Below, in pieces: positions 15,101 through 26,904 of a DNA stretch of 64,000 nt (positions are counted from its first letter, which is position 1; each line of letters starts with the position of its first letter). Location of the stretch: contig CM120641.1 of the NCBI GenBank assembly GCA_051362555.1, positions 28,092,401 through 28,156,400 on the forward strand, in the 5' to 3' direction. The notes under the pieces are model-generated. The model had not been told where the DNA came from. It saw nothing but the letters and a program-made list of their open reading frames with translations, and made no database searches. Position numbers and translations under genes: made by a program. Source of the DNA: Lingula anatina. Its lineage: Eukaryota > Animalia > Brachiopoda.

Positions 15101-17695
15101 CTTCCTATTCAACTTCAATAGTAACTATGGACCTATCTCTGCCAGTTTTGGAGATATAAGGGACTAGATGTTATAATTTTGGAATTACCATAATGTGCCT
15201 TAAATTTCGTACAGAAAAAATTAATTAAAATAAAGAAAATGTCATTTTGGTCAAAATTCTTGAAATAGGAGGTGCTCTGAAGTTTCAGAAGTTCAAATTT
15301 GATGAAATAATGTCATTTTTGAACACAAGTTGTCTGCTTTGCCAAGCCTTATGTTTTATTTGTCCAGAGTTCAAAATTTATTATCCATTACCGTACTGCA
15401 CATTTTGCTTTTACCACCAATATGTACTTTTTGAAAGAGCGTAACTCGAAAACCGTATGGAATACAAAAAAACCGAGACCACCTCCAGTGTTGGGCTTTA
15501 CATGCTCTACAAAATGCAAAAAAGAATGGGTCTCTAGCATTAACGGTTCCCGAATTAGAGACAGTTTTAAGTTTCGGTATCTTATGGCCGCTACCCCCGT
15601 GAAAATGCACCGATTGACCCCAAATTCATGGAGATGAAAGATGACCTGAAGGGTAACACTTTCCAATAATATTATTGGTTAAGTCTGTGTGGTGTCTGAA
15701 TAACAGGGCAAAAAAATTTTTTTTCGTAAAAAATTTCATTTTTTTGAAAATTTTGGCCCATTTGACCTTGAAGTAGAGGTCAAAGGTCAAATCCAATGGC
15801 ATATTTGAAATCTACACATATGACTTTTGGAAAGCCGTCTATAGAAATTTTTCCCATAACTCCTTCCGTAGGGTAGATAATTAGCATTTAATTTTGCCAT
15901 TTTTAGACAAGGGTGAATTGCAATGAGTGCCACACCCAGACCCCAATACCGACAAAGCCCAAATTTTACGTGGAACGAGTTGAGATTATAGGTGACCTAA
16001 ATCCATGAGATGGGTACGGGGGCCCTTACCGTCTAGGAGGAGAAGCGGTAACGGTAGCCGTCCGGCGGAGCCGGCGGAGCCGGCGGAGCCAACGGAGCCG
16101 GCGGAGCCGGCGGAACGATCCGGACGGGACCGAAACCATGTGTACCGCCAGCGCTAACGCTGGTGGTACAATAAATAGTAGCTTATTCTCCTTAAACATT
16201 CATCACAATAAAATCACCTTATTCCACATATCTGTGGCAGTGTACTTTCTATGCCTAATCCACTTTCTCCTCCTCACACAAGAAGTCCATTTTTGCTCTG
16301 CAGTCCACTGGTTAGGAAAATTTACGGCATACTGCCAACCCTAAAAATATCAAGATGTGGTCATTAATATAAAATCATGCTTTTTTCAACAGCAGTTATT
16401 TTCTGCTACAATATATCATTTAAAGATATGACCTTTATGCTGTAAAATGTTCCAAATAAAGTACATTCATGATGCTGTTCAAGAATGCATTCAGTATAAC
16501 CACATCAACTTGTGGCCAATCAACATAGTTACTAGTTAAGCTTTTTGGTTGGGTTACAATCAAAGATTGCACTTCAAATTTAAATTGCTTTTTGCACTCT
16601 GTGCAAGTATCGTTGTAACTTTACCTTTTTCTGGCATCATTAAGATAAAAGTCATAGTAACACATCTGACAATTGCTTGTTGCATTTCTTCAAAGATCAG
16701 ACATTATTGATTTTATTTACCCCTTTATCAGTGATATGGCCATAAAAGTTCTCATCAAAGTACCAATCCTCCTCCCAACACCAGGCAGCAGAAGGCAGCT
16801 GAAAACTTTCCTTTGGTGTCTCCACACTGCCATCATCTTGGCTCCAGTGTTTTGGATCTGTAGGCAACAGTTTGCTGGAAAAGCCTCCAAATGGGGTCCA
16901 CCTCTGTAACAAGAATCAGCCATTCTTTTTAAAAATCATGTCTGATACCTGAACCTCTTAATTTGATAAGATGTCATTTCACAATGAACCTCACCATTTA
17001 AAAATGACACCTTGTATTAACGATTACTTATAGAAATGTATTTATTGTAATGTTAAATAAGTAAGATATTGAGTATAAAATGACATGGTTCCCATATCTT
17101 CAGTTTACTCTTCATCTTGTTTCATATTTAGGTTTATATCTTTCTTAAATAAAAATAAAAACATTCTGATGAATATGTTTAGTGTATAGTATAGATAAAG
17201 ACAGTCCTTGTTGGATGTGAATAGCTGGCAAAAATTTTGTTACATACAAATGCAATTGCCATAATAAGTATCAAGTATTTCACCCCTCTAAATGGCTTAT
17301 CAGATTGTCATATAAAATACTTCACTTCATAGATAATTTCAATAAAAATCATAGCCATGTTTACCTTAGCTGCCATAAAATTACAAAAAGACCCAACAGA
17401 AAAAAAAGTGTGAATGTAAAAAAATACAGAACATATACGCTGGTACCTCATTTTCATATGTCCATTCCAAAACCCTTATAGGCACATCTGTAGACACCAC
17501 ATAGATGTAGAGGTGTCTATCACAACCAACAGCCCAGGTGACACCAACTGCAGCGGACACTTTCCTGAACTGACTCAAGGTACCTGGTGTGATATGGCTG
17601 TCCCTGTTCTTCACTTCCTCCCAGAACGTGCTGTTTGCAGCTAGTTTAAATACCCTGCCGTGGTTGCTGACTGCCCACAGGTATGTGCTAGGCAT
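1..17695 (-). CDS. TECPR1: Tectonin beta-propeller repeat-containing protein 1 (multi-exon, ~23 exons, 3' end incomplete)
   Basis: ATG at 17695 (MPSTYLWAVSNHGRVF). Approximate exons: 17447-17695, 16721-16903 (RWTPFGGFSSKLLPTD..W; DysF domain), 16218-16340 (GWQYAVNF..CVRRRKWIR), 12587-12709, 12102-12283, 11487-11588, 10989-11105, 9634-10645, 9134-9273 (WRKILLNQL..RELSKFQHYEQA, like the ATG5-interacting region), 8519-8665 and 8024-8171 (PH domain), 7575-7722, 7193-7322, 6800-6903, 6390-6488, 3976-4057, 3501-3558, 3081-3257, 2482-2620, 2147-2222, 1738-1845, 1005-1125, 1-112 (GGWSTVCIRG). Repeated VWA/VWG..G..FR.GV tectonin motifs. Confidence 0.95.
186..365 (-). mobile_element. 3' fragment of an RTE-like non-LTR retrotransposon
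   Basis: Minus-strand CPHCSKSFRVQIDLTSHLPTH resembles the C-terminal C2H2-like tail of RTE-clade ORF2, followed by a short 3' UTR; lies in the last visible TECPR1 intron. Confidence 0.55.
670..900. mobile_element. Diverged copy of the ~220-bp MITE family A
   Basis: Shares gctaaattgc..cagc, taattaccccct and a ggaaatggtcccc end with 1377-1591. Confidence 0.5.
1377..1591. mobile_element. ~220-bp MITE family A
   Basis: Terminal inverted repeats cattcccagagattt / aaatctctgggaatg; closely similar reverse-complement copy at 63745-63971. Confidence 0.8.
4213..4374. mobile_element. Non-autonomous CAG-ended element, 5-bp TSD (hAT5-like)
   Basis: TIRs caggcccgtagccag / ctggctatgggcctg flanked by direct repeat GTTCA; second copy at 42381-42539. 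Confidence 0.8.
4551..5250. repeat. Two tandem copies of a ~340-355-bp unit inside HINE family 2
   Basis: gtgaaaaattaaattttcacaaaaa at ~4553 and ~4889; agaacagtaagtgacatgattt at 4666 and 5021. Confidence 0.85.
5645..6266. repeat. ~161-bp satellite array (~4 copies) inside HINE family 2
   Basis: acagcataaattccctaaaa..gctgattttcgaacttgacctgcg recurs at ~5812, 5973 and 6134, with a diverged copy at ~5650. Confidence 0.9.
9391..9615. mobile_element. Non-autonomous CAG-ended element, 6-bp TSD (hAT6-like)
   Basis: Ends caggcgcagat / atctgccactg, flanked by TTAATA on both sides. Confidence 0.65.
12043..12101. repeat. (TTA)n microsatellite
   Basis: ~19 perfect units abutting a TECPR1 splice donor; source of the poly-N in the ORF track. 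Confidence 0.95.
12948..16175 (-). mobile_element. Helentron-associated interspersed element (HINE) family 1, full length
   Basis: Subterminal inverted repeats attgtaccaccagc (12986) / gctggtggtacaat (16159); 5' hairpin tgtaccgccagcg-ctaa-cgctggtggtaca; (ccggcggag)n microsatellite 16062-16113; 3' hairpin gaggcg-atac-cgcctc followed on the minus strand by CTAG and a T run. Confidence 0.85.
13155..15165. repeat. 146-bp satellite array, ~14 copies, inside HINE family 1
   Basis: Unit aggtcaaaggtcaattttaaggtcacatttagattgccagtatatgacttcctattcaag.. recurs every 146 bp (e.g. 13321 and 13467). Confidence 0.97.
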
Positions 17696-19059
17696 CTGGA
17701 TAGATTCACATATTCTATCTGAAGCACAAATCATTAATGGAAGATACTAATTACTACTAGTTACAATTTCAAAAGGAAAACAGGAGTCAAATGACATCAC
17801 CATTAATATGTAATCTACACACAGTTTTCTCTTTGTAGCTGTGTCGTATTCATAACCTTCACATCTGTTCAAATTGTCAGAGTCACAGAAAAAAATTAAG
17901 TGGTACAGAGGTCTTTATCATCTTCTTGGAATCTCCACCATTCTTAATTTAAGCTATATGTACAAACCTCGCACAGTTTGAAAATATCTATAAAATCCAC
18001 ACACCCATTGATTGCACACACAGGTGTACTAAGGTAGTTTATAATGTATGATATTTGCATTATTGTAATGGCATTCTCAATATTACACTATCTCACTCAA
18101 CATTCAAAAATACATGTAGTAAATAAAAATGCCACAAGTATATATACATGTAGAAACAATAAACTAAAGGTTATCAAAAGTGGTCCATATCCCTTATGCC
18201 TGATGTCATCTGCTTGGACTCAGCTCGGATGGCCAATAAAAAAGCCCAGGTTTGAGAAACATTAGCAACATGCAATCCTATGTGGTATGGAGAGTTGGAA
18301 TTTCATCAACAATTCATAGCACTGGATACACCAACTTAGAAACCAATATAACGTGTGGGGCCGTAAATGTGGCCTTTAAAATAATGAAATTACTGCAGCT
18401 GTGAATTGTGCATCTGATCATCTGTGACTGAAGTTTGGCCAGTAAGAATGGTACTGGTGAAGTCAATGAAAAGCATATGTAAATCTATATATACCAGCAA
18501 TATTTGTCCAGCTGTGTTCAATATGTTCTTGACATACATGTAGTTGTTCTAACACCTACATCTGATTATGAAATTCCTATATCATTAATTAGCACAGTGA
18601 ACAAATATGCATATTAAGTAAGTCAGTGTAGATGAGTATAGGTACTGGTGTGTACAGCATGGGTGGGAATACTGCAGAATCGAAGTTCATTTGCTTGCAC
18701 AGCCGGCAGGAAAAAAAACATTAAACTAATTTGCAAAATTATTATCAATAATTAAAAAGGTTACCGTTAAAACCAAACTGACTTTGGGCATAACCTAACT
18801 CATCGAAAGTCATACATGCAATGCATGCATATTTGTGCATACTTATTTACTGCACTCTCTTCATAAACGACTTCACTCATCTTTATTTACCTAACATTAC
18901 AATGTACAATAATAATTACATATTTACAGTTTCATTCGACAAAAACAATTTACTTGATAGAACATCATATTAAAAATAACAAAAACATCAATTCTAACAC
19001 ACCGAAGAACTAGTATTAGAATAAGAATTAGTCAGAGTCACGTCGGTGATTAAAATAAA

Positions 19060-19390
19060 AACGCACCTGTACAATTTATGCATGTCAATTTCCCAGCAGG
19101 AAATGTACAGCAAAATAGGTCAAAGTATATACTCTGCTGTGTAGTTTTTCTTTTCGATGTTTCTAGTTTCTGATATGCTATTTTAGGCATGAAATACAGT
19201 ATAATTTTGTTAGTAAAAATTGTAAATTTCTTTGTTTTGATATATCAGAGTTAATTTTTGTAGATGAAAAGATTCATTTTACCAGAATCGTGAAGCAAAC
19301 TACAACCAAAAATAAAAACGGACCATACTCGTGACCCAATGACGTCATTCATAAGCATCGAGCGAGGAAACAGAAACAACGTAAGTAACC
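19060..19390. promoter_or_regulatory. Probable bidirectional promoter region for TECPR1/BRI3
   Basis: CCAAT overlapping a perfect CRE TGACGTCA (19336-19347); + strand donor gtaagt at 19381 and a candidate - strand donor near 19066 suggest divergent non-coding first exons. Confidence 0.5.
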
Positions 19391-20696
19391 TACCTGTGAC
19401 ACTTAGGATAAATTTAGTATTAGTGTAGTGTTTATCTTTCAGATTCGTTTCATAATATTTATCTCTTTTTTGATAAGCTTTTGGAGGTTGTCTTCTTAAC
19501 AAACGAGCGTTGCTAGACTTGAATCAGAGACGAATAAAGGTTCTGTTGCAATTTGTAACCATCATCATTGCCACATTGGCGTCAATATTACAATAATCAT
19601 TGCTTCAATTGTTCATGAATATTGATGTTTGAATTAGGGTTTATGTGATAACGATTCGATAGCACAAGTCAATGTTTTATAGAATCTGACATTCAGCCAT
19701 ACTCGCATAACGTTTTGGTAATATATTTATACACAAGTATGACAAAAACATGATTACCAAATACTACTACAGTACATGTACTGTATGATGTACTACAGTA
19801 GTAGCTGTTCATTAAATTAAGAGAATAGCTACCTGTACTCTCGTACACCACAGTAAGTGTACACATAAAAATTAAATATAAAGGTTTTTTTTATTTTTGA
19901 TAGAAATAAAAGGAATGGTAAATTAATAACATAGCGAGACCCATTTTGGACAAGAAATGACAGTTTTTTCTAGTCCTGCCCAGTTGTGGATCACTGTGTA
20001 AATGTGAAATTTGGAATATCACCATGTATGATTACACATAGGCAGCCATATCTTAATTTGAAACCAGTTTCTCATCATCTTAACTTCTTAACTTATTCAA
20101 ATGGCTGAAGAAAATCCAGCTCACCAGCTGGATTTTGAGAAACCGGTTAACAAAAATCCTCACGCATTCAGACTACAGTTATTCGAATCGGGACCTAATT
20201 GGCTATTTATTCGAATAAACGACTGTAGTGTGAAGGGGGTATATGCTAGCAGTATCATCGCCAATGTCATTTCTAAGAGAAATAAGATGTAGATCTGATC
20301 ATTTTGGTTTCTCTTACTATTCCACAGTTAGCTATTGAATTAAATGTTACAAACTCATCCTTTGAAAGAGTCAGTAGAACAAAGATTTAGGCTACCTCAA
20401 AAAATGTGTTAGCACTTTTATGTGTGTTTTTTTGTGCATTATGTGACTGTGCATAAAGGTTTGTCATAGGTAACTGTAAAATGATGTTCAGCTGGTATAC
20501 CCATCCAGAGGCTGTGAAGAGGGTAAGGTTCATCTGCTTGTCTACCCGTTAAGCTGCCATGAAATCATTCACCACAGAAGACTACCATAACTGTAATGGA
20601 GTTAAAAGTACGTCAAATTGTTTCCATTTGCTATAGATTTTTTTAAAAAAGCACAATCTCATTTTTAGGTTCAGCAAGTAGCAGATTTTCTTCAAA

Positions 20697-21579
20697 ATGT
20701 CACAAATGCCCAGTGCTCCTCCACCAGATGGAGGTGAAAAACCACCTGCTTACGAGTCTTTACAAGGTGCTCCACCACCTCAGAATTATCCAGGATATCC
20801 TCCTAACCAGCCACCTAAATATGGCCCTGGAGGTAAGTAAATATACTTGTATTTGTTGTATATCACACTGAAGTCGGTGTCTTGCATATTGCGTAGTGTT
20901 TTTGTACTCTTACTTGTGAGAATCGGCTTAGTGCATTTATTTCTTATTTAAATTTTATGAATAGAGTAGCATTGCAAAGACCAACAATAACAAAGATGTA
21001 AGCTTCTGTGAGGGAGTTGGTATTCTCATTTTATTTCTTTGCACTCCCCTTCTCCCAGCTGGTGCCTATCCTGGGTATCAACAGGGCTACCCTCCTGCAG
21101 CAAATTACCCAACAGCGGGTGCTTACCAGCCAGCCCCAGGGGGCTATCAGCCAGCCCCAGGGGGCTACCAGCCACACTACCAACAGCCACAAGCAGTGCC
21201 AGTACAACAGAATGTAGTGGTAGTGGGAGGATGCCCAGCTTGCAGGGTAAGCGCCTCTTGTATTTTGCATGCATTGGTGTTCAAGGTAATATGTTAGTAA
21301 TCAGGTCTGATGCAGTTTTATCCACGAATTTATATTCTTTGTGGATGCTGTGTATTGAATATAATGATCAAAATTAGACAAAGTGAAAGTTCAGAATTTT
21401 TTTCAGTTTCCGTAGAATATCAATTTTTTTTATATGTCATTTTCTAGGTTGGTGTTCTTGAAGATGATTTCACGTGCTTGGGTGTATTGTGTGCAATCCT
21501 GTTTTTTCCCATTGGAATTCTGTGCTGTTTAGCAATGAGACAGAGAAGGTGTCCCAATTGTGGAGCTGTCTTTGGATAA
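20697..21579 (+). CDS. BRI3: Brain protein I3 homolog (3 coding exons)
   Basis: Exons 20697-20832 ([15 protein letters not shown]), 21059-21246 (Pro/Gly/Tyr-rich, [11 protein letters not shown]), 21448-21579 ([43 protein letters not shown]), matching the BRI3 CxxC-hydrophobic-CxxC domain. Confidence 0.95.
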
Positions 21580-24500
21580 GCTGAATTAACAACAGAAAAC
21601 ACTACACATGTGATTTTTTTCTTTTGATCTACCTGTGCATCAGCAGGTCTGAATCCATGGGTTTTGAAATCTGATAGAAAAATGAATGCCAGATAAATGA
21701 CCTGTAAAACCATTGGATTGAAATGTCTAAATTATTTCACTGGAAGAGCATACTTTATGGCTGTCTTCTGAGACTAAGTACAAAATCATTATGGTTGTCA
21801 ACTGCATATCAACAGAAATCTGGAGATTTTACTTATTTTCCTTTGTAGTTTTGCATGGATTTTCACACAAAATAACCATACTAAAATATGTAGTCTATGC
21901 AGGATTACAAAGAGGGGACAAACTTGAATATTAGGAATATTTTTGGCATTGCAATGCAGTTGAAAAAGATTTGAACTTCCTTTTTCATGCAGGACATTAG
22001 ATGTAATAATATTTTGGGGATAGATTTTACTTATCATTAGTGTTTGTATTCAATTATTTAATCTAGGAATGATTAGCTGATTGACTGAACTGTTAATTTC
22101 ATTTCTTAGAAGTCTTGTGCTGTTACACTAAAAAAGTCATCTGGTTAATACTATACTTCTGTTTATGAAATATTTGTGTAGATATTTTAAGCTCTTATTT
22201 TCTGACACGGGATTTGCTTCTTAACAAAATGAAAATATAAACAAATTGGGGGTGGTAAATATGTAAACTGCTTTAATGCATTTTATTAACAAAAGGCTAA
22301 TGTTGTTAGTTTAATTACACGAGAAATTATTTATTAAGATGATTTTTGAAAAAAATATTTTTTTACATACAGCAGGTGTTCAATTGTATAGCTTGTAATT
22401 GGCTGCTTCACAAAGAAAGAAATGCATTTATTCTTATGTAACAAAACATCCAAGAAGACTTATATGAAATAATCATTCCAGATCTGAAATGTATTAAAAG
22501 GAAAGTGTTGCATCAATTTAAGGGACGCAGTCATTTTTGTTTTTGGTATTTTTCATCCAAATAGTATTTTAGAAGCTGTCACTGAATAGTTGAACCTATC
22601 CATCTGTAAATTTAGTATTCCATATTTTCTTTTCATTGAATGGTCTTGTGTAAATACAATCATATTCACTCAGTATATCTTTTGAATTGAATGTGTTGTG
22701 TATTGGTTGGGTTGGAAAGGTTTAGTTGTGACGTGAAACGCTGAAGGAGAGGACAATATTTTACCAATGGCTTTTGATTTAAAGATGTTTAATATGACCA
22801 AAATTTAGACTTCTGACTGAAGGTGCCTTTCTTTGAAATCAAAAGCATCATCTTCTCTACAAAGTTTGATGTTGTGATTGAGCCGTTTTTCCGACCAGAG
22901 ACCGGAGGAGAACTATGCTGAACGCATTATGTTGGTTGATATACCATGGAGAAGGGGGAGCTTCGCAATATTTTCTATTTGCTAGACGGGCTGGAGGGCA
23001 CTTGGGTAAATTCTTGTTTTTTTTTTTTCCATACCACAGTTTGACGCACTCGTGTATAACATTTTATTAAGTTTTTCTCGATGGAACGTTTTTCCACATC
23101 CTAAAGATGGAAAAGAAGCTATGAGTATGAGAATTAAAAGATTGCGAAGATTTTATTAAAACCAATAAACTTACGTCGTAAACATATGAATCGGGTAGTG
23201 TTATTTTATTGTTTCCCCGAACTTTTGTTTGCTAGGCCTACAGTACAGAGATGTACGGAGGTTCAAGCGGCAGTGAAAAGCCTGCAGAACAACAACGCAT
23301 CTTTCTGCACTCTGCCGGTATATCGGATTTTTAAAAGCTATCAAAGGCCATTAATTATCATGATGTGTGTTAGGTCAGCATAGTCCAAAATCTACCTATT
23401 TGACACAAGGAATCGTGGTTTAAACAAAAAATTTGGAAGAAAAAAGTCAAGTACGCAAAGTTTACGTCATTTTTTTTCGCTCAGACTCAACACGATATAT
23501 ATATTTGTTAACCTCAAAACTTGTTAATTTTGCAGTTAATACAAATCGGGGGAATTATGGTCAAGGGGCGTAACTCATTTGGACTGAGCAGTTTCTTCCT
23601 TTATGTTAACCGTTTTGTTTACACGGTTTCTTTGAAGACGGTCCGATAATGACCAATCCTATTCATATCAGTAAAACGCTGCACTCTACGTTCCGTTTGT
23701 TCGAGAACGACCAACGTAGGGAGTATATTAGAGAAATTCCACATATTGACCCAGTTTGCGTCTTTGTTATGCGGGTGAGTTTGAACAAGAAAATATCTAC
23801 TTCCTTGTTTTGAGTGATCATTGTTAGTAAACTGTTGAATAAAATGGGACGGAATGCTTTAACCGCACTACTGGTCTTACTAAATAAGCAGCCTTCGGAA
23901 GTTCCAATGGTAAAAAGGAACAAAATAACAAATCTTTAAATCAATGGTTATTCGGATTATTTAAAATTCGTATCTACAGAACTCGATGGATAGTAGGCCT
24001 ACATGTCGAGGGGATCGTGTTCATGGTGTAATTTCTTTCCTTAACAGTCACGTCAATATCAGCAACCGCACTGAAATAAATTCATATTTTCAAGTCTGTT
24101 TCTCCTGTTAACAAATGGACAAAGTTTCGATTCGGTGTGGGTTCGTTACTCTCTGATAGACTCTGGACAGAGAACCCACAAAAATATATTAAATGTGTCT
24201 CTACAACTTAATAGGTAAGGTAACAACTGTCTAACAATATTTCATTCTAAATGGAAACGGGGTGGGGCGGTACAGTGTTTTTAAAGAAAAAAAAAAATCA
24301 AGATCATGGGTGGTGCGGTGATGGATGTTGAAAATGGTCGATAAAACAATTTAGGTGCAAAATGATTCCGATGATTGCTGTTAGCACTCTTTTCACTCGA
24401 AATATTTAAAAAAAAATCTTGTTCAGGAATAAATTAGGCAATTTGCGATCAGAAATGAAAGTAAACAAACTTTTTGTTCTTAAAAAGGATGCAGATAATC

Positions 24501-25073
24501 AGTGGAGATCAGGTGAGGGTCGGCTTTGCATCCGCGCCCCCCCCCCCCCCCCCCTTTCAAATAATCCTGGATCTTCTCCCTTTTCTGGCAACTTGCTTCA
24601 TTTACAGGTAGATCTATAGATCTAAACAACAACAACAACAACAATTATTATTATTAGAACGAATAACAGGTTTTCTCAATAAGGGCTATTCTACCAAAAG
24701 TAAACAATGGTATCACGTTTTATATCACGATTGATTTCTTTTCATAATGGACAGAAATATGCAATAAAACAGCAAATTAATGGGGCAAGTCAAAATCGCG
24801 CATGACTCAAATGTTCACTTTTATAAGGTATAACCAAGGTTTTTCTTTAATCATTAACTTAATAATTTCGATGATTTATCCTTTCGATGAAATCCTTTCG
24901 CGTAAGGTGCAAATATTTAGTATTAGAAAAAGCAAAAACGTTTCAATGTGCGAATGAAACGGCACATTGATCAGATAGCTGGTGAATGTCGCTTAGTTTG
25001 CTGGCACGTCTTGCTCTTTGGTATTGAAGGGAAGAAACGAATCAATAGTGCTTATTTTGAAAAGTAGTTGACA

Positions 25074-26904
25074 ATGCCGAAGAGACAGAAAACGAAAGAA
25101 AATGATCAGCCAGCCTCGTCAGAGGCTGAGTGTGATGAAAGGTTTATTATTTTTATTTAGATTAGGACTATGTTAATTTCTGTTTTAACAGCAATAATTG
25201 GTCAAATTTATGAAAACAGGTTATAAGTATTTTACAAAAGGTAACAGATGTCGGCTGAGAGTGAGATGTGATTTTAGGGGGTATTATATCTGAACGTCCG
25301 CAATACTGGGTAACAGCAATGGGGCATGAATATAAAGCAAAATACAATGCATATTCTAGGCGAATAGGGTGCTCACAAGATCAGCGGCAGGTTGAAATTG
25401 TGATGTTCCATGTCCCATTGTTGTTACCCAGTATCATGGACGTGCAGATATATAATAAATAAAGAGAGAGATCGTTTTTTTTTTCAGATACTTTTTAAAT
25501 CCAGAATCAGTGAGCCAACACCTGTTTTGTTCCATATGCCAAGAGGTTTATGTCAATCCACATAGAGCCCCGTGTGGACATAGTTTCTGCAAAAGAGTGA
25601 GTATTAAAGCACAATATTAAAATCTTTAGTTGGTGTAAATGTAAACAATCTTTAAAATAATGTGATAAATTTTCCTTAGATTTATTTATGTATTTTGTAA
25701 TATTCTGTAGAGCATTATATGATTTCAGACATAGGAGTGATTTTATCAATTTTAAGGACTGTTTTCTTAATTTTGAATATATAAAGCTCAGTACTTTTAT
25801 TCCAATTTAACATTTTGTGACTAGATTTGATAAGCTGATTGACCCTTTTTCAGTGTATATTACCATGGCTTAATCAAAGCAAAACATGTCCAGAAGACAG
25901 GTAAGAATAGCCAGTTGTTTTTAATAGATTGATTATTATCACATTTGAATTCATGCCAAACATATTGATTTGTAAATGTGTTATGTCAAGAGTGACAAGT
26001 TCCAATTAATACCAATCCTAAATTACCCTTTATTATCTGTTTGTAATTACAGTTCTTAAAATGCTCATAAGGAACATTTTGCATTTTAGGAAGAAATTGG
26101 CTAAGTTTTCCAAAATGAGCATGTGTCCTAGCCAATGTCACAACCATTCTTTATTTTTGTTGTCCCGTGGACCAGGAATAATTGGGCTTAGTACATTTAT
26201 TTGTCACCAGTTGTCTGGGCCAACAACAAATTCCTCCCTCTTACTATCAGATTTTCATCTTTACAGAAAACCTGTTCATCCAAAAGACTTGCATCATGAC
26301 TTCATCCTGGAGAATATCATAGGAGATCAGATGGTCACGTGTCCGTTCAGGAAACATGGCTGTGATTTTATTGGACAGTTAGCTATGCTTTCATCTCACT
26401 TGAAAAACTGTGACTTCAATCTAAGCAATCTGCCAGAGTTTCTGAAGACACATCTAGTTGACAGCCCATTTGCTAAAGGTATTCCTGTTTTGGTGGTGGT
26501 CATTGGGGATAATTTAGAAGGACCGTTCTTTTATTTAATTTATGAGGCAGAAAAGCTCACTTTCCAATTTTTTAAGGTCTAAAAAGTTCAGTGTCACTTT
26601 ATCCTGGATCTGGAAAATATTACATTAGGCTGTTATGCAAAACTTAGTTTAACTGAAAATAGATTTAGGAACATGTTAATTTCTGTTTATGGATCTTGTA
26701 CAATTATTTTGAAAGTGGTTTTCTCTTAATTTCTTAGGCCCATTTAAAGTAAAAACAAATACCCCATTACCAGAAGATGAGGAGGCAGATGATCTACCTA
26801 CACCAGTGAAACCCTCCCTTAAGATGCGTCTTTTTAGAGCTGGAGGCGGATCGAGGCAGTTATTGTGTTCAATGTTTGACAAAGATTCACCAGGTAGTTC
26901 TTAA
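25074..26904 (+). CDS. RING-HC plus TRAF/SINA-type zinc finger protein (RNF151/RNF41-like E3 ligase), 5 exons
   Basis: In-phase exons 25074-25141, 25488-~25596 (LFCSICQEVYVNPHRAPCGHSFCKR), ~25853-25900 (CILPWLNQSKTCPEDR), ~26267-26478 (VTCPFRKHGC..HLKNC), 26739-26904 (stop TAA). Confidence 0.85.

Noticed and set aside
13155-15165. Regular repeat array as a possible CRISPR locus, and three repeated 101-aa ORFs
   Set aside because: Contiguous 146-bp monomers with no unique spacers, eukaryotic context, no cas genes; the ORFs are by-products of the repeat.
21008-21377. Several overlapping ORFs on both strands
   Set aside because: Shadow frames of GC-rich BRI3 exon 2.
23590-24200. CpG-richer region with a minus-strand open stretch (FTNNDHSKQGSRYFLVQTHPH..KETV*) after an acceptor-like site
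   Set aside because: Could not join it in phase to any upstream exon or recognise a family; may be TE-derived or an unmodelled gene and needs RNA-seq.
25268-25462. Possible alternative first exon of the RING gene (MGHEYKAKYNAYSR)
   Set aside because: No canonical GT donor in phase; the exon at 25074-25141 joins cleanly.
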